From an uncultured bacterium (GTDB lineage: Bacteria; Pseudomonadota; Gammaproteobacteria; Burkholderiales; Burkholderiaceae_C): a stretch of DNA of 64,000 bases. This document shows positions 1-10,030 of this stretch, in pieces. The stretch covers positions 17,210 to 81,209 of the forward strand of contig CAIYQZ010000059.1 of the NCBI GenBank assembly GCA_903928495.1, read 5' to 3'. The notes under the pieces are model-generated. The model did not search any database, was not told the origin of the DNA, and saw nothing but the letters and a program-made list of their open reading frames with translations. The first letter of the stretch is position 1; each line of letters starts with the position of its first letter. The translations under genes were made by a program, and so were the position numbers.

Positions 1-94
<94 letters not shown>

Positions 95-96
95 TC

Positions 97-102
97 TATA
101 AT
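97..102 (+). promoter_or_regulatory. candidate -10 hexamer upstream of rpmB-rpmG
   Basis: Perfect TATAAT 3 nt after the trxB stop and about 100 nt upstream of the rpmB ATG. No convincing -35 was seen. Confidence 0.3.
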
Positions 103-203
103 GCTGGGTTTTCCAGGGTTACCGCCACCCTTTTTCATGGCGAGGTGAGGTTGTCATTCCTGGCCGTCAGGCCACGACAACCGTGTTTATCGGAGTGTCC
201 TTT

Positions 204-437
204 ATGGCACGCGTCTGCGATGTAACGGGCAAAAAGCCCATGGTGGGAAACAACGTTTCCCACGCCAACAACAAAACCAAGCGCCGCTTCCTGCCCAACC
301 TGCAATACCGCCGGTTCTGGGTTGAGAGCGAAAACCGTTGGGTGCGTTTGCGCGTGTCCAGCGCAGCCCTGCGCCTGATCGACAAAAACGGCATTGACGC
401 CGTGCTCGCAGACCTGCGCGCACGTGGCCAAGCCTGA
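204..437 (+). CDS. rpmB: 50S ribosomal protein L28
   Basis: [34 protein letters not shown]... is the canonical L28 sequence. ATG at 204 lies inside the 183..437 ORF. Confidence 0.95.
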   Translation: MARVCDVTGKKPMVGNNVSHANNKTKRRFLPNLQYRRFWVESENRWVRLRVSSAALRLIDKNGIDAVLADLRARGQA

Positions 438-455
438 TACTGAAAGGAACCGATC

Positions 456-626
456 ATGGCAAGCAAAGGCGGACGCGAAAAAATCAAGCTGGAATCCACT
501 GCAGGTACCGGCCACTTCTACACCACGAACAAAAACAAGAAAACCACGCCTCAAAAGCTGGCTTTCATGAAGTTCGATCCCAAGGCTCGCAAACACGTCG
601 AGTACAAGGAAATCAAGCTGAAGTGA
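456..626 (+). CDS. rpmG: 50S ribosomal protein L33
   Basis: Own translation gives [56 protein letters not shown]. The gene is too short for the ORF track and sits directly after rpmB, as is usual. Confidence 0.95.
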   Translation: MASKGGREKIKLESTAGTGHFYTTNKNKKTTPQKLAFMKFDPKARKHVEYKEIKLK

Positions 627-643
627 TTCACTTCGCCTGAAAC

Positions 644-676
644 AAAAAAGCCGCTGTGTCCCAGCGGCTTTTTTGT
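644..676. terminator. rho-independent terminator, potentially bidirectional
   Basis: AAAAAAGCCGCTG-tgtcc-CAGCGGCTTTTTT lies between convergent rpmG (stop 626) and the desaturase gene (stop 712). An A-run and a T-run flank the stem. Confidence 0.65.
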
Positions 677-711
677 TGCCGGCCGCCAAGTGCGGCCGGT
701 AGGGCAATCAC

Positions 712-1914
712 TCAGGACAGGCGCACAGCCCGAAGGGTGTACGAGAACTCCTTGAGAGCGGAAATACCGCTGTCTTCGGCGCGCTTGCACCAAGCCTGCA
801 GGTCTTTGGCCAGTTGCTCGCGGGTATGTGTCCGGCTGGACCACAACTGGCGCAGCTCTTCACGCATGGCGTACATCTTGTCCAGCACCGGATGCTCGGC
901 ACGGGCCAGCGCCAACTGCGGTCGCAGCACCGCAGGTACTTTTTCATCATCACGGTGAAGCCAGCGGCGGGCCACTTCCAGCGCCTGGATGTTGCCTTGG
1001 CCAGACCGTGCGGCCTGCAGCTCGGCCTTGCAGGCGCGGCGCATTTCCCGGGCAAAGGTGGCCATCACTTCATAACGGTTGGCAATGATGGCTTCGAGCG
1101 TCTGTTCGTCGGCCACGGGTTTGACCATGCCCAACACCATGTGCGGGCTGGTTTTGCGGACCTTGGCCAGGCCGGCCATTTCCAGACAGCGGATGTACAG
1201 CCAACCGATGTCGAACTCATAGGGCTTGACGGACAACTTGGCCGATGTGGGGTAGGTGTGGTGGTTGTTGTGCAGTTCTTCGCCACCAATCAGGATGCCC
1301 CAGGGAGACACGTTGGTGCTGGCATCGGCGGCCTCAAAGTTGCGGTAGCCCCAGTAGTGCCCCAGACCGTTGATGATGCCGGCGGCAGTGATGGGAATCC
1401 AGGCCATCTGCACAGCCCAGATGGACAGGCCGATGACCCCAAACAACGCCACGTTGATGACCAGCATCACAGCCACGCCCTCCCAGGAAAAGCGCGTGTA
1501 CAGGTTGCGCTCGATCCAGTCGTCTGGCGTGCCGTGGCCATAGCGTGCCAAGGTGTCGAGGTTTTTGGTCTCGGCGCGGTACAGCTCTGCGCCCTCGGTC
1601 AGCACTTTCTTGATGCCGAACACCACGGGGCTGTGTGGATCGCCTTCCTGTTCGCATTTGGCGTGGTGTTTGCGGTGAACCGCAGCCCATTCTTTGGTCA
1701 CCTGGCCGGTGGTGAGCCACAGCCAGAAACGGAAGAAGTGCGACGGGATGGCATGCAGTTCCAGCGACCTGTGCGCCTGATGACGGTGCAAAAAGATGGT
1801 CACACTGGCAATGGTGATGTGCGTCAGCGCCAGCGTGATCAGCACCACTTGCCACCAGGTGGTCTCAATCAGTCCATGGCCCAGCCATTGGATGGCTGCA
1901 TCAAAAAAACTCAT
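712..1914 (-). CDS. membrane fatty-acid (acyl-CoA/acyl-lipid) desaturase
   Basis: Three histidine boxes (HRHQAHRS, HRKHH, HNNHH) and N-terminal TM helices. 400 aa, ATG at 1914. Confidence 0.85.
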   Translation of the reverse strand: MSFFDAAIQWLGHGLIETTWWQVVLITLALTHITIASVTIFLHRHQAHRSLELHAIPSHFFRFWLWLTTGQVTKEWAAVHRKHHAKCEQEGDPHSPVVFGIKKVLTEGAELYRAETKNLDTLARYGHGTPDDWIERNLYTRFSWEGVAVMLVINVALFGVIGLSIWAVQMAWIPITAAGIINGLGHYWGYRNFEAADASTNVSPWGILIGGEELHNNHHTYPTSAKLSVKPYEFDIGWLYIRCLEMAGLAKVRKTSPHMVLGMVKPVADEQTLEAIIANRYEVMATFAREMRRACKAELQAARSGQGNIQALEVARRWLHRDDEKVPAVLRPQLALARAEHPVLDKMYAMREELRQLWSSRTHTREQLAKDLQAWCKRAEDSGISALKEFSYTLRAVRLS

Positions 1915-1941
1915 GCTCGACTTTCAACAGGGGAAGAACCG

Positions 1942-1986
1942 GAGAGCGCCTCACCGGGGGTGCGCGATTTTAGGCGCGGCGCTCTC
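1942..1986 (-). other. GC-rich stem-loop between the rsmB-like stop and the desaturase start
   Basis: GAGAGCGCC (1942-1950) pairs with GGCGCTCTC (1978-1986), with an inner GCGC/GCGC pairing. No U-run. It may be a terminator, attenuator or processing structure. Confidence 0.3.
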
Positions 1987-2006
1987 AAAATACCAGCACC
2001 CGCAGC

Positions 2007-3308
2007 TCAGGATTTGCGCTGCCAGACAGCGGCAAAAAATCCATCGGTGTCGTGACGGTGAGGCCACATGCGAAGGTAGGGCCCACTGCACAGATGGGCC
2101 GCTGCATCGGCCGGTGTGCGCCCGCCCGCAGGTGCCTCAGACGCTTCCTGGCCCAGCAAACGCTCCAGCAGGCCGGGCACCGGCAGCAACTCAAAGTCAG
2201 GGTGCGCGGCAGAGAACGCCTCGGCAACAGCCTCGTTTTCTTCCGGCAACACGCTGCAGGTCGCGTACACCAACCGGCCACCGGCTTTCACCAGCCGCTG
2301 CGCACTGGCCAGGATGGCGGTTTGTTTGGCTTGCAGCTCCAGCACACCTGCGGCGGTTTGGCGCCACTTCAAGTCGGGGTTGCGGCGCAGGGTGCCCAAG
2401 CCCGAGCAGGGCGCGTCCACCAGCACGCGGTCCATCTTGCCCGCCAGGCGTTTGATGCGCTCGTCGCGCTCGTGAGCGATGGCCACCGGGTGCACATTGG
2501 ACAGGCCGCTGCGGGCCAGCCGGGGCTTCAAGGCATCGAGCCGGTGGGCCGACACATCGAACGCGTACAGCCGCCCGGTGTTGCGCATGGTGGCGCCAAT
2601 GGCCAGGGTTTTGCCGCCTGCGCCCGCGCAGAAATCGGCCACCATTTCGCTGCGCTTGGCTTCCAGCAACCAGGCCAGCAGTTGCGAGCCTTCGTCTTGC
2701 ACTTCCAGCTCGCCGCTGATGAATGCGGGCAGCTTGTTGATGGCGGGTTTGCCCTGCAACCGAATGCCCCAGGGCGAATATGGCGTGGGCGCACCCTCCA
2801 TAGCAAACTTTTTAAGCTGATCAAGCGCTACAGGCCGTTTTTGCTTGTAAATGTTCACGCGCAAGTCCAACCCGGCAGGCTCGTTCATGCTGCGGGCCAG
2901 CGCTTCAAACTCGTCGCCCACCTGCGCTTTGAGCGGGGCCACCAACCAGTCGGGCAAGTTGTGGCGGTGGTGGGCCATCAGCTCGTCTGGCCGCACGCGG
3001 GCAGTGCCGTCCAGCCACAAGCATTCCTGCTCGTTCAGGGCAGACTTGATGAAATTGCGGTCGCCATGAAAACCCAAAATGGCCAGGCGGCGCTCGCGCG
3101 GGCCAGAGCCTGATCGGGCCAGATGCTCAAACAGCAGCTTCTGCCGCAACACGGCGTACGTGGTTTCAGCCAGGGTGTTGCGCTCGCGCGGGCCGAGGTT
3201 GCGGTTCTCACGAAAGAAACGGGACACCACGGCAGCGGCCGGGTGGTCAAACTTCAATACCAGTTGCACCAGGGCGGTGCAGGCGTCTAACAGGGCTTTG
3301 GGGTGCAT
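2007..3308 (-). CDS. RsmB/Sun (NOL1/NOP2) family RNA m5C methyltransferase
   Basis: NusB-like N-terminus, SAM motif DFCAGAGGKT, catalytic DAPCSGLGTLRRNPD and ATCS motifs. ATG at 3308 is preferred over the GTG at 3329. Confidence 0.8.
   Translation of the reverse strand: MHPKALLDACTALVQLVLKFDHPAAAVVSRFFRENRNLGPRERNTLAETTYAVLRQKLLFEHLARSGSGPRERRLAILGFHGDRNFIKSALNEQECLWLDGTARVRPDELMAHHRHNLPDWLVAPLKAQVGDEFEALARSMNEPAGLDLRVNIYKQKRPVALDQLKKFAMEGAPTPYSPWGIRLQGKPAINKLPAFISGELEVQDEGSQLLAWLLEAKRSEMVADFCAGAGGKTLAIGATMRNTGRLYAFDVSAHRLDALKPRLARSGLSNVHPVAIAHERDERIKRLAGKMDRVLVDAPCSGLGTLRRNPDLKWRQTAAGVLELQAKQTAILASAQRLVKAGGRLVYATCSVLPEENEAVAEAFSAAHPDFELLPVPGLLERLLGQEASEAPAGGRTPADAAAHLCSGPYLRMWPHRHDTDGFFAAVWQRKS
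2800..2842 (+). repeat. 42-bp motif copy A (inside the rsmB-like CDS)
   Basis: ATAGCAAactttttaagctgATCAAGCGCTACAGGCcgTTTTT. Read on the gene strand it encodes KRPVALDQLKKFAME. Confidence 0.7.
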
Positions 3309-3376
3309 GGAGCAGATTGTCCCATGCACCCCGTGCCGTCGGTGGCCACAAACCGGTGCGGGATAATCTCGCCCCT

Positions 3377-4996
3377 ATGTCAGACATCTCCACCCAGGTG
3401 CGCCGCCGCCGCACCTTTGCCATCATCTCCCACCCCGACGCCGGTAAAACCACCCTCACCGAGAAGCTGCTGCTGTTCTCGGGCGCCATCAACATCGCCG
3501 GATCGGTCAAGGCCCGCAAGGCCGCCCGCCACGCCACCTCCGACTGGATGGAGATTGAAAAGCAGCGCGGCATTTCGGTGGCGTCCAGCGTGATGCAGAT
3601 GGAATACCGCGACTGTGTCATCAACCTGCTCGACACCCCCGGGCACCAGGACTTCAGCGAGGACACCTACCGCGTGCTGACCGCCGTGGACGCCGCGCTG
3701 ATGGTGATTGACGCGGCCAACGGCGTGGAGCCCCAAACCCGTCGACTGCTGCAGGTCTGCCGAGCCCGCAACACCCCCATCCTGACCTTTGTGAACAAGA
3801 TGGACCGCGAGGTGCAGGCCCCGCTGGACGTGATGGACGAAATCGAACGCGAGCTGGGCATGACCGTGGTGCCGTTCACGTGGCCCGTGGGCATGGGCAA
3901 ACAGTTCCACGGCGTGTACGACCGTCGCACCGACCAGATGCGCGTATTTGCCGCCGGTGAGGACCGCGCAGGTGGCGACGAAGACGTGTTGTCCGGGCTG
4001 GACAACGCTGACACCGCCAGCCGCTTTGGCATGGAATGGACCCAGGCCAAAGACGAAATGGAGCTGGTGGAAGGCGCATCACCTGCCTTCGATGAAGCAG
4101 AGTTTCTGGCTGGGCGCCAGACGCCCATGCTGTTCGGTTCGGCCATCAACAACTTCGGCGTGCGCGAGGTGCTGGACGCGCTGGTGGACCTGGCCCCACC
4201 GCCCGGCCCCAAGCCGTCCATCCAGCGCGTGGTGCAGCCAGTGGAGCCCAAGTTCACGGGCGTGGTGTTCAAAATTCAGGCCAACATGGACCCCGCCCAC
4301 CGCGACCGCATTGCCTTTGTGCGTGTGGCCAGCGGCAAGTTCGAGCGCGGCATGCCCCTGAAGGTGGTGCGCAGCGGCAAGGTGATCAAACCCAACACGG
4401 TGGTCACCTTCATGAGCCAGCGGCGCGAGTTGCTGGACGAAGCCTTTGCCGGCGACATCATCGGCATTCCCAACCACGGCGTGCTGCAGCTGGGCGACAC
4501 GCTGACCGAGGGTGAGCAACTCCAGTTCACCGGCCTGCCCTTCTTTGCGCCCGAAATCATCCGCAGCGTGGAAGTGGCCGACCCGCTGCGCGGCAAGCAG
4601 CTGAAGGCGGGCCTGACGCAGCTGGGCGAAGAAGGCGCCATCCAAGTCTTCCGCCCCATCGCAGGCAGCGTGCTGATGCTGGGTGCCGTGGGGCAACTGC
4701 AGTTTGAAGTGGTAGCGCACCGGCTAGAAGCCGAATACGGCGTGAAAGCCCGCATCACCGGCAGTCCGTACCAAGTGGCCCGCTGGGTGACCTGCGCGCC
4801 CGAAGACGGCGGCGAGCAGGAGCTGAAACGCTTCATTGACGCCAACCAGCACCGCGTGGCCTTGGACGCCGTGGACGCCCCCACCCTGCTGGTGGACCAC
4901 AGCGCCACCCTGCGCGCGGTGGAAACCAGCTGGCCCAAAATCAAGTTCCACGCAATGCGCGAGCATGCGGGGCTGGTGTTCCACAAGGCGATGTGA
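3377..4996 (+). CDS. prfC: peptide chain release factor 3
   Basis: MSDISTQVRRRRTFAIISHPDAGKTTLTEKLLLF... has the GTPase G1-G4 motifs and full-length RF3 similarity. ATG at 3377. Confidence 0.95.
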   Translation: MSDISTQVRRRRTFAIISHPDAGKTTLTEKLLLFSGAINIAGSVKARKAARHATSDWMEIEKQRGISVASSVMQMEYRDCVINLLDTPGHQDFSEDTYRVLTAVDAALMVIDAANGVEPQTRRLLQVCRARNTPILTFVNKMDREVQAPLDVMDEIERELGMTVVPFTWPVGMGKQFHGVYDRRTDQMRVFAAGEDRAGGDEDVLSGLDNADTASRFGMEWTQAKDEMELVEGASPAFDEAEFLAGRQTPMLFGSAINNFGVREVLDALVDLAPPPGPKPSIQRVVQPVEPKFTGVVFKIQANMDPAHRDRIAFVRVASGKFERGMPLKVVRSGKVIKPNTVVTFMSQRRELLDEAFAGDIIGIPNHGVLQLGDTLTEGEQLQFTGLPFFAPEIIRSVEVADPLRGKQLKAGLTQLGEEGAIQVFRPIAGSVLMLGAVGQLQFEVVAHRLEAEYGVKARITGSPYQVARWVTCAPEDGGEQELKRFIDANQHRVALDAVDAPTLLVDHSATLRAVETSWPKIKFHAMREHAGLVFHKAM

Positions 4997-5060
4997 GCGC
5001 CTGCCCCGGGGCGCTACAGTGTGTGCCGTTGTTTATTTTGTCCAAACGGAGGTTCTGTCC

Positions 5061-5300
5061 ATGATCCCTGAAACCATCATGAGCCTGCAGCACAGCGAAT
5101 CGGTGGTGGCCCAGATGGCCGCCACGGTGTTTGTGGGTCTGGCCCAGCAACGGGGTTTGAACGCAGACAACCAGCAGGCGCTGGTGGAGCAAGCGGTGGA
5201 GATCGCCATTCAACTGGCCGAGCGGGCAGAGAAGCGGGTGAAAAGCGATGAAGAATGGGCCGCCCGCCGTGACGCCCTGGCAGCCGGCAGGTCTCGCTGA
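5061..5300 (+). CDS. small hypothetical protein (79 aa)
   Basis: ATG at 5061 is preceded by AACGGAGG at good spacing. No family recognised. Confidence 0.45.
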   Translation: MIPETIMSLQHSESVVAQMAATVFVGLAQQRGLNADNQQALVEQAVEIAIQLAERAEKRVKSDEEWAARRDALAAGRSR

Positions 5301-5331
5301 CCCCGACAGGGCCCGCGCACGGCGCTGACGC

Positions 5332-6081
5332 ATGACACCCACCGCCGACACCCTGCGCAACCACTTGGTCGAAGTGGAGCGGCTGCGTCAGGCGGCTTTT
5401 GACGCACCGGCCAACGTGCGCGCCGCGCTGGCGGGTGTGCGCAGCGTGCAGGTGCAGCGGTTTCACTTCACCTACGCCGACTTTCTGGCCAGCCCGCGCC
5501 ACGGGCAGGCCGCGCGGTTCTTTTTGAACGAACTGTACGGCAGCCACGACTACCGCCAACGCGACGCACAGTTCGCCCGAATTGCAGGGGCCATCGAACG
5601 TCTGTTCCCGGCCAAAGTCATGGCGCTGGCCGTGCAGCTGGCCGAGGTGCACGCCCTCACCGAAACGCTGGACTGGCAGCTGTCGCAGGCTTGGAGTGCA
5701 GTGCCCGGAGCCCCCCCCGACACCGCGGAGGAAACAGCGGGCCGCTACCTGGCCTGCTGGCGACAGGTGGGTCGGCCTGCCGACCGGGAACGCCAGTTAC
5801 AGGCTGTGATGGCGCTGGGTTGGCAACTGGCCGAGGTGGTGCGCATTCCGGGCCTTCGCATGGCGCTGCGCCTCATGCGCAAGCCCGCACACGCCGCCGG
5901 GCTGGCGGTGCTGCAAGAGGTACTCGAAAACGGCTTTGATGCGTTCACGTCCATGGGCCAGCCCGACGGCTTTTTGCACGAGGTGCACCCGCGGGAAAGC
6001 GACTGGATCGGCAGCTTTTTTGCGGCGGAGTTGCCCGGCATCACCCAACGCCTCGCAAGTGCCCTGAGCCCTGCCAACTGA
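5332..6081 (+). CDS. conserved hypothetical protein (249 aa)
   Basis: Long ORF with host-like codon usage. No motif recognised. Confidence 0.6.
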   Translation: MTPTADTLRNHLVEVERLRQAAFDAPANVRAALAGVRSVQVQRFHFTYADFLASPRHGQAARFFLNELYGSHDYRQRDAQFARIAGAIERLFPAKVMALAVQLAEVHALTETLDWQLSQAWSAVPGAPPDTAEETAGRYLACWRQVGRPADRERQLQAVMALGWQLAEVVRIPGLRMALRLMRKPAHAAGLAVLQEVLENGFDAFTSMGQPDGFLHEVHPRESDWIGSFFAAELPGITQRLASALSPAN

Positions 6082-6112
6082 GTGGTCGGCCCTGCGAGGG
6101 CGGGACCAGGAT

Positions 6113-6967
6113 TCAGCCCGCCACCACCCGCTGCGTTTGCACGCCCAAGCCTTCCACCCCCAGCCGCATGGTTTGCCCGGCGCGCAAATACACCGGGGGT
6201 TTGTGGCCCATGCCCACGCCGGGCGGGGTGCCAGTGGTGATGACATCGCCCGGCTGCAAGGTGGTGAAGCGGCTCAGGTAGCTGACCAGAAACGCCACGC
6301 CGTAAACCATGGTGGCGGTGCTGCCGTTTTGGCGCAGCTGGCCGTCCAACTCAAGCCACAGCTTCAGCGCCTGCGGGTTGGGCACTTCGTCGGCCGTCAC
6401 CAGCCAGGGGCCAATGGGGCCGAAGGTGTCAAAGCCTTTGCCCTTGTCCCAGGTGCCGGCGCGCTCCAATTGGTATTCGCGCTCGGACACGTCGTTCACC
6501 ACACAGTAGCCCGCCACGTGGTTCAGCGCATCGGCTTCGTCGATGTAGCGCCCGCCCTGGCCAATGACCACGCCCAGCTCCACTTCCCAATCGGTTTTCA
6601 CCGAACCACGGGGGAGTTGCACCGCGTCGTCGGGACCGCAGATGCAACTGGTCCATTTGGTGAACACCACTGGCTCGGGTGGCACGGCCATGCCCGCCTC
6701 GGCTGCGTGGTCGGCGTAATTCAGGCCAATGCCCAGGAACTTGCCCACCTGCCCCACACAGGCGCCCAGCCGCAGGTCCTGCTGCGGCACACCGGGCACC
6801 AGGGGCAGGCTGTCGATGTCCAGCGCCTTCAACCGGGCCAGGCTGGCGGGCAGCAGGGCGTCGCCGGCCAGGTCGGGCACCACGGCAGACAGGTCCCGCA
6901 CGCGGCCCTGTGCGTCGAGCACACCGGGTTTCTCTTGGCCTACCGGGCCGTAACGCAGCAATTTCAT
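6113..6967 (-). CDS. fumarylacetoacetate hydrolase (FAH) family protein
   Basis: MKLLRYGPVGQEKPGVLD..., GIGLNYADHAAE, EVELGVVIG and GDVITTGTPPGVG are typical FAH/2-keto-4-pentenoate hydratase-like motifs. ATG at 6967. Confidence 0.9.
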   Translation of the reverse strand: MKLLRYGPVGQEKPGVLDAQGRVRDLSAVVPDLAGDALLPASLARLKALDIDSLPLVPGVPQQDLRLGACVGQVGKFLGIGLNYADHAAEAGMAVPPEPVVFTKWTSCICGPDDAVQLPRGSVKTDWEVELGVVIGQGGRYIDEADALNHVAGYCVVNDVSEREYQLERAGTWDKGKGFDTFGPIGPWLVTADEVPNPQALKLWLELDGQLRQNGSTATMVYGVAFLVSYLSRFTTLQPGDVITTGTPPGVGMGHKPPVYLRAGQTMRLGVEGLGVQTQRVVAG

Positions 6968-6980
6968 GGCAATTTCCTTG

Positions 6981-7021
6981 TAGCTACAAACCAACACACA
7001 GCAAGCGATGCAGGCCAATTT
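6981..7021 (+). repeat. 42-bp motif copy B (intergenic, left flank of the Type III R-M island)
   Basis: TAGCTAcaaaccaacacacAGCAAGCGATGCAGGCcaATTT. It lies 13 nt from the FAH start codon and 19 nt from the res stop. Confidence 0.7.
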
Positions 7022-7039
7022 GGCCTTACATTTCTGCTG

Positions 7040-10030
7040 TCAGAATGGAGTGGGTACTAAGTGATCAATCAGTTGCGCTAACTGCTCGTGGTTGATTTTG
7101 GTCTCGTACTTCACTGGAACGCCTTGTGCCTGCAATGCGGCAAAAAACCGCCGTGCGCTTTGAATCTTCCACCGCTCGCGTTCGGGCACCTCTGCCTCGT
7201 TGTCGTAGCCTTTGGTCTCCACTACTAGGTAAAGCGCCTCGGTGGCACCAGCGCGGCGTATGACATAGCCAAAATCTGGGTTGTACTTGCCAGCCGGTGT
7301 GGGAATGTTGATTTTGGGCAGCTTGGCAAACACCGTAATGCAGTCGTGCTGGGATTCGTCCACGGTGTCGCGCTCAATTTGGCTGTCCACCGGCATCACG
7401 TTTTCAACGTACAGCGATTTGGCTCGCACCACCGCATTGCCTATCGTGTGCGCTTCTTTGCCGCACAAAGCCAGTGGGATGGTTTTCAGCAAGGTGCCGG
7501 TGTTGTCGGTCAACGCCGTTGTCGCCCGGATCTCCCGCAACTCGTAACTCACCCTGTTCACCAGCAATTCGTGCACGCTGCGCAAGATCAGGTCACGCAG
7601 TGTGAGCAACGCCCGGTTCTCGTTGTGCTGAATTTGCGCAAATTTATCGGTGGGCATTCGGGCCAATACGCCGCTGATGGTGTGAATGCTCAGCCGCGTT
7701 TGGTTGGCCAATTCCCGCACAAACCCTTGCAAACTCAACACCGCATGGGGCTTGACCGTGTAGCTGTTTTGCGTGCTTTTGACTTCATGAACGCTTTGCA
7801 CATCGCTGGTGCGCGTGATGCGAACAGACAGCGGGCGGACATCAAAACTTTGCGCAATTCGGTTCAGCACGCTTCGCATGAGCCCTTCCGTATCCAGCTC
7901 GTAACGCAGCACCGCATGGCGGTTCAGGTTTTCCCAAAGGTGGCGAAACTGCTGGTAACTGACCAAGTTGGGTGTGAGGTTGGCTTGGGTTTTGTGCTGC
8001 TTATTCTTGACTTGTCCTGCGCTGTCGTAGTAAGCGTCCAGATACGCCTGCATGTTGGCAGCGTTGTGCGGCTCAATGCCCGGTATGCGCAACATGTTGG
8101 CCAAAATGCTTGCCCGCTTGGCATGGTAGGTGTCCCGGCTCATCACAAGCGTGGCTTGTCCGGTCAAGTCATCCAGCTCCACCACATCCAATGCGGCTAA
8201 AGCGTCCAACACCCGGTTGGCCAGTCGTGTGCTCAAGGCCACGCCAGCTTCGGCCAACAACTTGTCGTCAAACACCCGCGCCACCCGCTTGACGCTGTGC
8301 TGCGCAATTTCGCCCTGAATGGCAGCCACAAAATCACCCTCGCTGGCGGGCACCACCACGGTCAGGTCATTGATTTCGTCAAACGCTGCATCGTCGGCCT
8401 GCACCCGCTCCAGTTGCTGGTTCACTGCCAGGCGCAGGCCACGGCCAATTTGTTGCAACTTGCTGATTTTGGAATTGCTGGGGGCCAGTTTACACAGCGT
8501 GAAAACATTGGGGTTGTCCCAGCCTTCTTGCAGTGCCCACATGGAAAAAATGAACCTCAAATCCGTCTCAAACGACAGCAGTTTTTCCTTCTCTTGCAAG
8601 ATCAACTTGATGGCTTCTTCTTCGCCCTTTTCGCTGTGCGAGCGGGCAAAGTAGCCTTTGTGCACCTTGCCAATGTCAGTTTGGGTGCGCTGCAAATATT
8701 CACGGTAACCCTCATCGAGCTCCGGCTTGCCCAGTGTTAGCGCCAGGTGGTGACGGTAATGGCGCTCAAACGCCTCGCGCACCACCGCAGACTGGGTTTT
8801 GCCCCCCGCAGTTGCAGGCAGGTATTTGCCCACCGCATCAATGAAAAACAGCGTCAGCGACTTGATGCCGCGCTTGAACAGCTCTTCCTCACGCTCAAAG
8901 TGGTTGGCCACAGCACGCTCGATGATGAGCGATTGCACCTCATCGGCCAGCATGCCGTAGGCCGTCGGTTCACCCAGGGGCAGTGCAAAACCGTTGGTGA
9001 ACAGCAGCTCTTTGGCAGTGATTTTTTCCACCACATGGCCACTTAAAAAATCAAGCCCGGTTTGCTGACCCAGGTTGTCTTTGGCTTGCAAGCTCACGCT
9101 CGAGGCTTGCCCAGCGAGCGTTTGGTGGCCCACACGGGCAGTGCGCTCTTTTGCGCTGCCCGTCACCTCATGCAGGCACAGCACCTGCGCGCTGTCATGC
9201 CCCGTGCCCACGGTGTCCACCGTGATGCCCTTGACCAGCCGCTGGCGAAAAGCCTCCAGGCTGTCCAGCGTGTAAACAAGGTTGCGGTACTCGTCTTTTT
9301 TGAAAGTGGCCCCAAACCGGATGGTCAGCAGCGGGTTGAACTTGGCCAAATACTCCTGTACCACCTTGCCCTCAAAACGGTGCGGCTCATCAATGACGAG
9401 CACGGGCCGAATGTGCGCCAGCGCTTCCATGTAGCTTTTGGCCCGGCCAAACAAGTTGGCCTCGACGCCGCGCTTGTTGATGAGCTTGCTGTCCCCGGCA
9501 AACGACTGGTAGGTGGCCACCATCACCGACAACCCCAGGTTGGCAGCACTGATGAAGCCCTTCACCGTTTTGTCTGAGTAATTGACAACGTTGATTTTCT
9601 GGTTGTTGTACTCGCGGGCAAAAAACGCCGCCGTGGTTTGCAGGCTTTTCAGAGTGCCTTGGCGAATGGCGTTGCTGGGCACCAGCACAATGAATTTGGA
9701 CAACCGGTGCTGCTGGTGCAGCTTGTGAATGGTTTCAATGAAGGTGAAGGTTTTGCCCGTGCCCGTTTCCATCAGCACGTCCACATTCAACGCTGGGGTC
9801 AGGCTGCTGGACACTTGCACTGACCCCGTGGTCACGCCATTGGCCTCACGCACACGTGCAATGTTGGCTTTCAGCGTGGCATGCGCTTCGGCCTGCGAAA
9901 ACGTGGGGTTGGCCTGCACATCGGTGGGCGGAGCAAACCGCACATCCGCAAACACATCGGCGATCGAGCGCACCGCTTGCGCTTGGTGCGCCAGGCGGGT
10001 GTATTGGAATTGGGGCAATGCCATGGTCAC
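7040..10030 (-). CDS. res: Type III restriction enzyme, Res subunit
   Basis: 996 aa. SF2 helicase motif I METGTGKTF, motif II VIDEPHRF, and C-terminal PD-(D/E)xK (NPDFGY...VVETKG). It overlaps the mod stop by 4 nt. Confidence 0.9.
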   Translation of the reverse strand: MTMALPQFQYTRLAHQAQAVRSIADVFADVRFAPPTDVQANPTFSQAEAHATLKANIARVREANGVTTGSVQVSSSLTPALNVDVLMETGTGKTFTFIETIHKLHQQHRLSKFIVLVPSNAIRQGTLKSLQTTAAFFAREYNNQKINVVNYSDKTVKGFISAANLGLSVMVATYQSFAGDSKLINKRGVEANLFGRAKSYMEALAHIRPVLVIDEPHRFEGKVVQEYLAKFNPLLTIRFGATFKKDEYRNLVYTLDSLEAFRQRLVKGITVDTVGTGHDSAQVLCLHEVTGSAKERTARVGHQTLAGQASSVSLQAKDNLGQQTGLDFLSGHVVEKITAKELLFTNGFALPLGEPTAYGMLADEVQSLIIERAVANHFEREEELFKRGIKSLTLFFIDAVGKYLPATAGGKTQSAVVREAFERHYRHHLALTLGKPELDEGYREYLQRTQTDIGKVHKGYFARSHSEKGEEEAIKLILQEKEKLLSFETDLRFIFSMWALQEGWDNPNVFTLCKLAPSNSKISKLQQIGRGLRLAVNQQLERVQADDAAFDEINDLTVVVPASEGDFVAAIQGEIAQHSVKRVARVFDDKLLAEAGVALSTRLANRVLDALAALDVVELDDLTGQATLVMSRDTYHAKRASILANMLRIPGIEPHNAANMQAYLDAYYDSAGQVKNKQHKTQANLTPNLVSYQQFRHLWENLNRHAVLRYELDTEGLMRSVLNRIAQSFDVRPLSVRITRTSDVQSVHEVKSTQNSYTVKPHAVLSLQGFVRELANQTRLSIHTISGVLARMPTDKFAQIQHNENRALLTLRDLILRSVHELLVNRVSYELREIRATTALTDNTGTLLKTIPLALCGKEAHTIGNAVVRAKSLYVENVMPVDSQIERDTVDESQHDCITVFAKLPKINIPTPAGKYNPDFGYVIRRAGATEALYLVVETKGYDNEAEVPERERWKIQSARRFFAALQAQGVPVKYETKINHEQLAQLIDHLVPTPF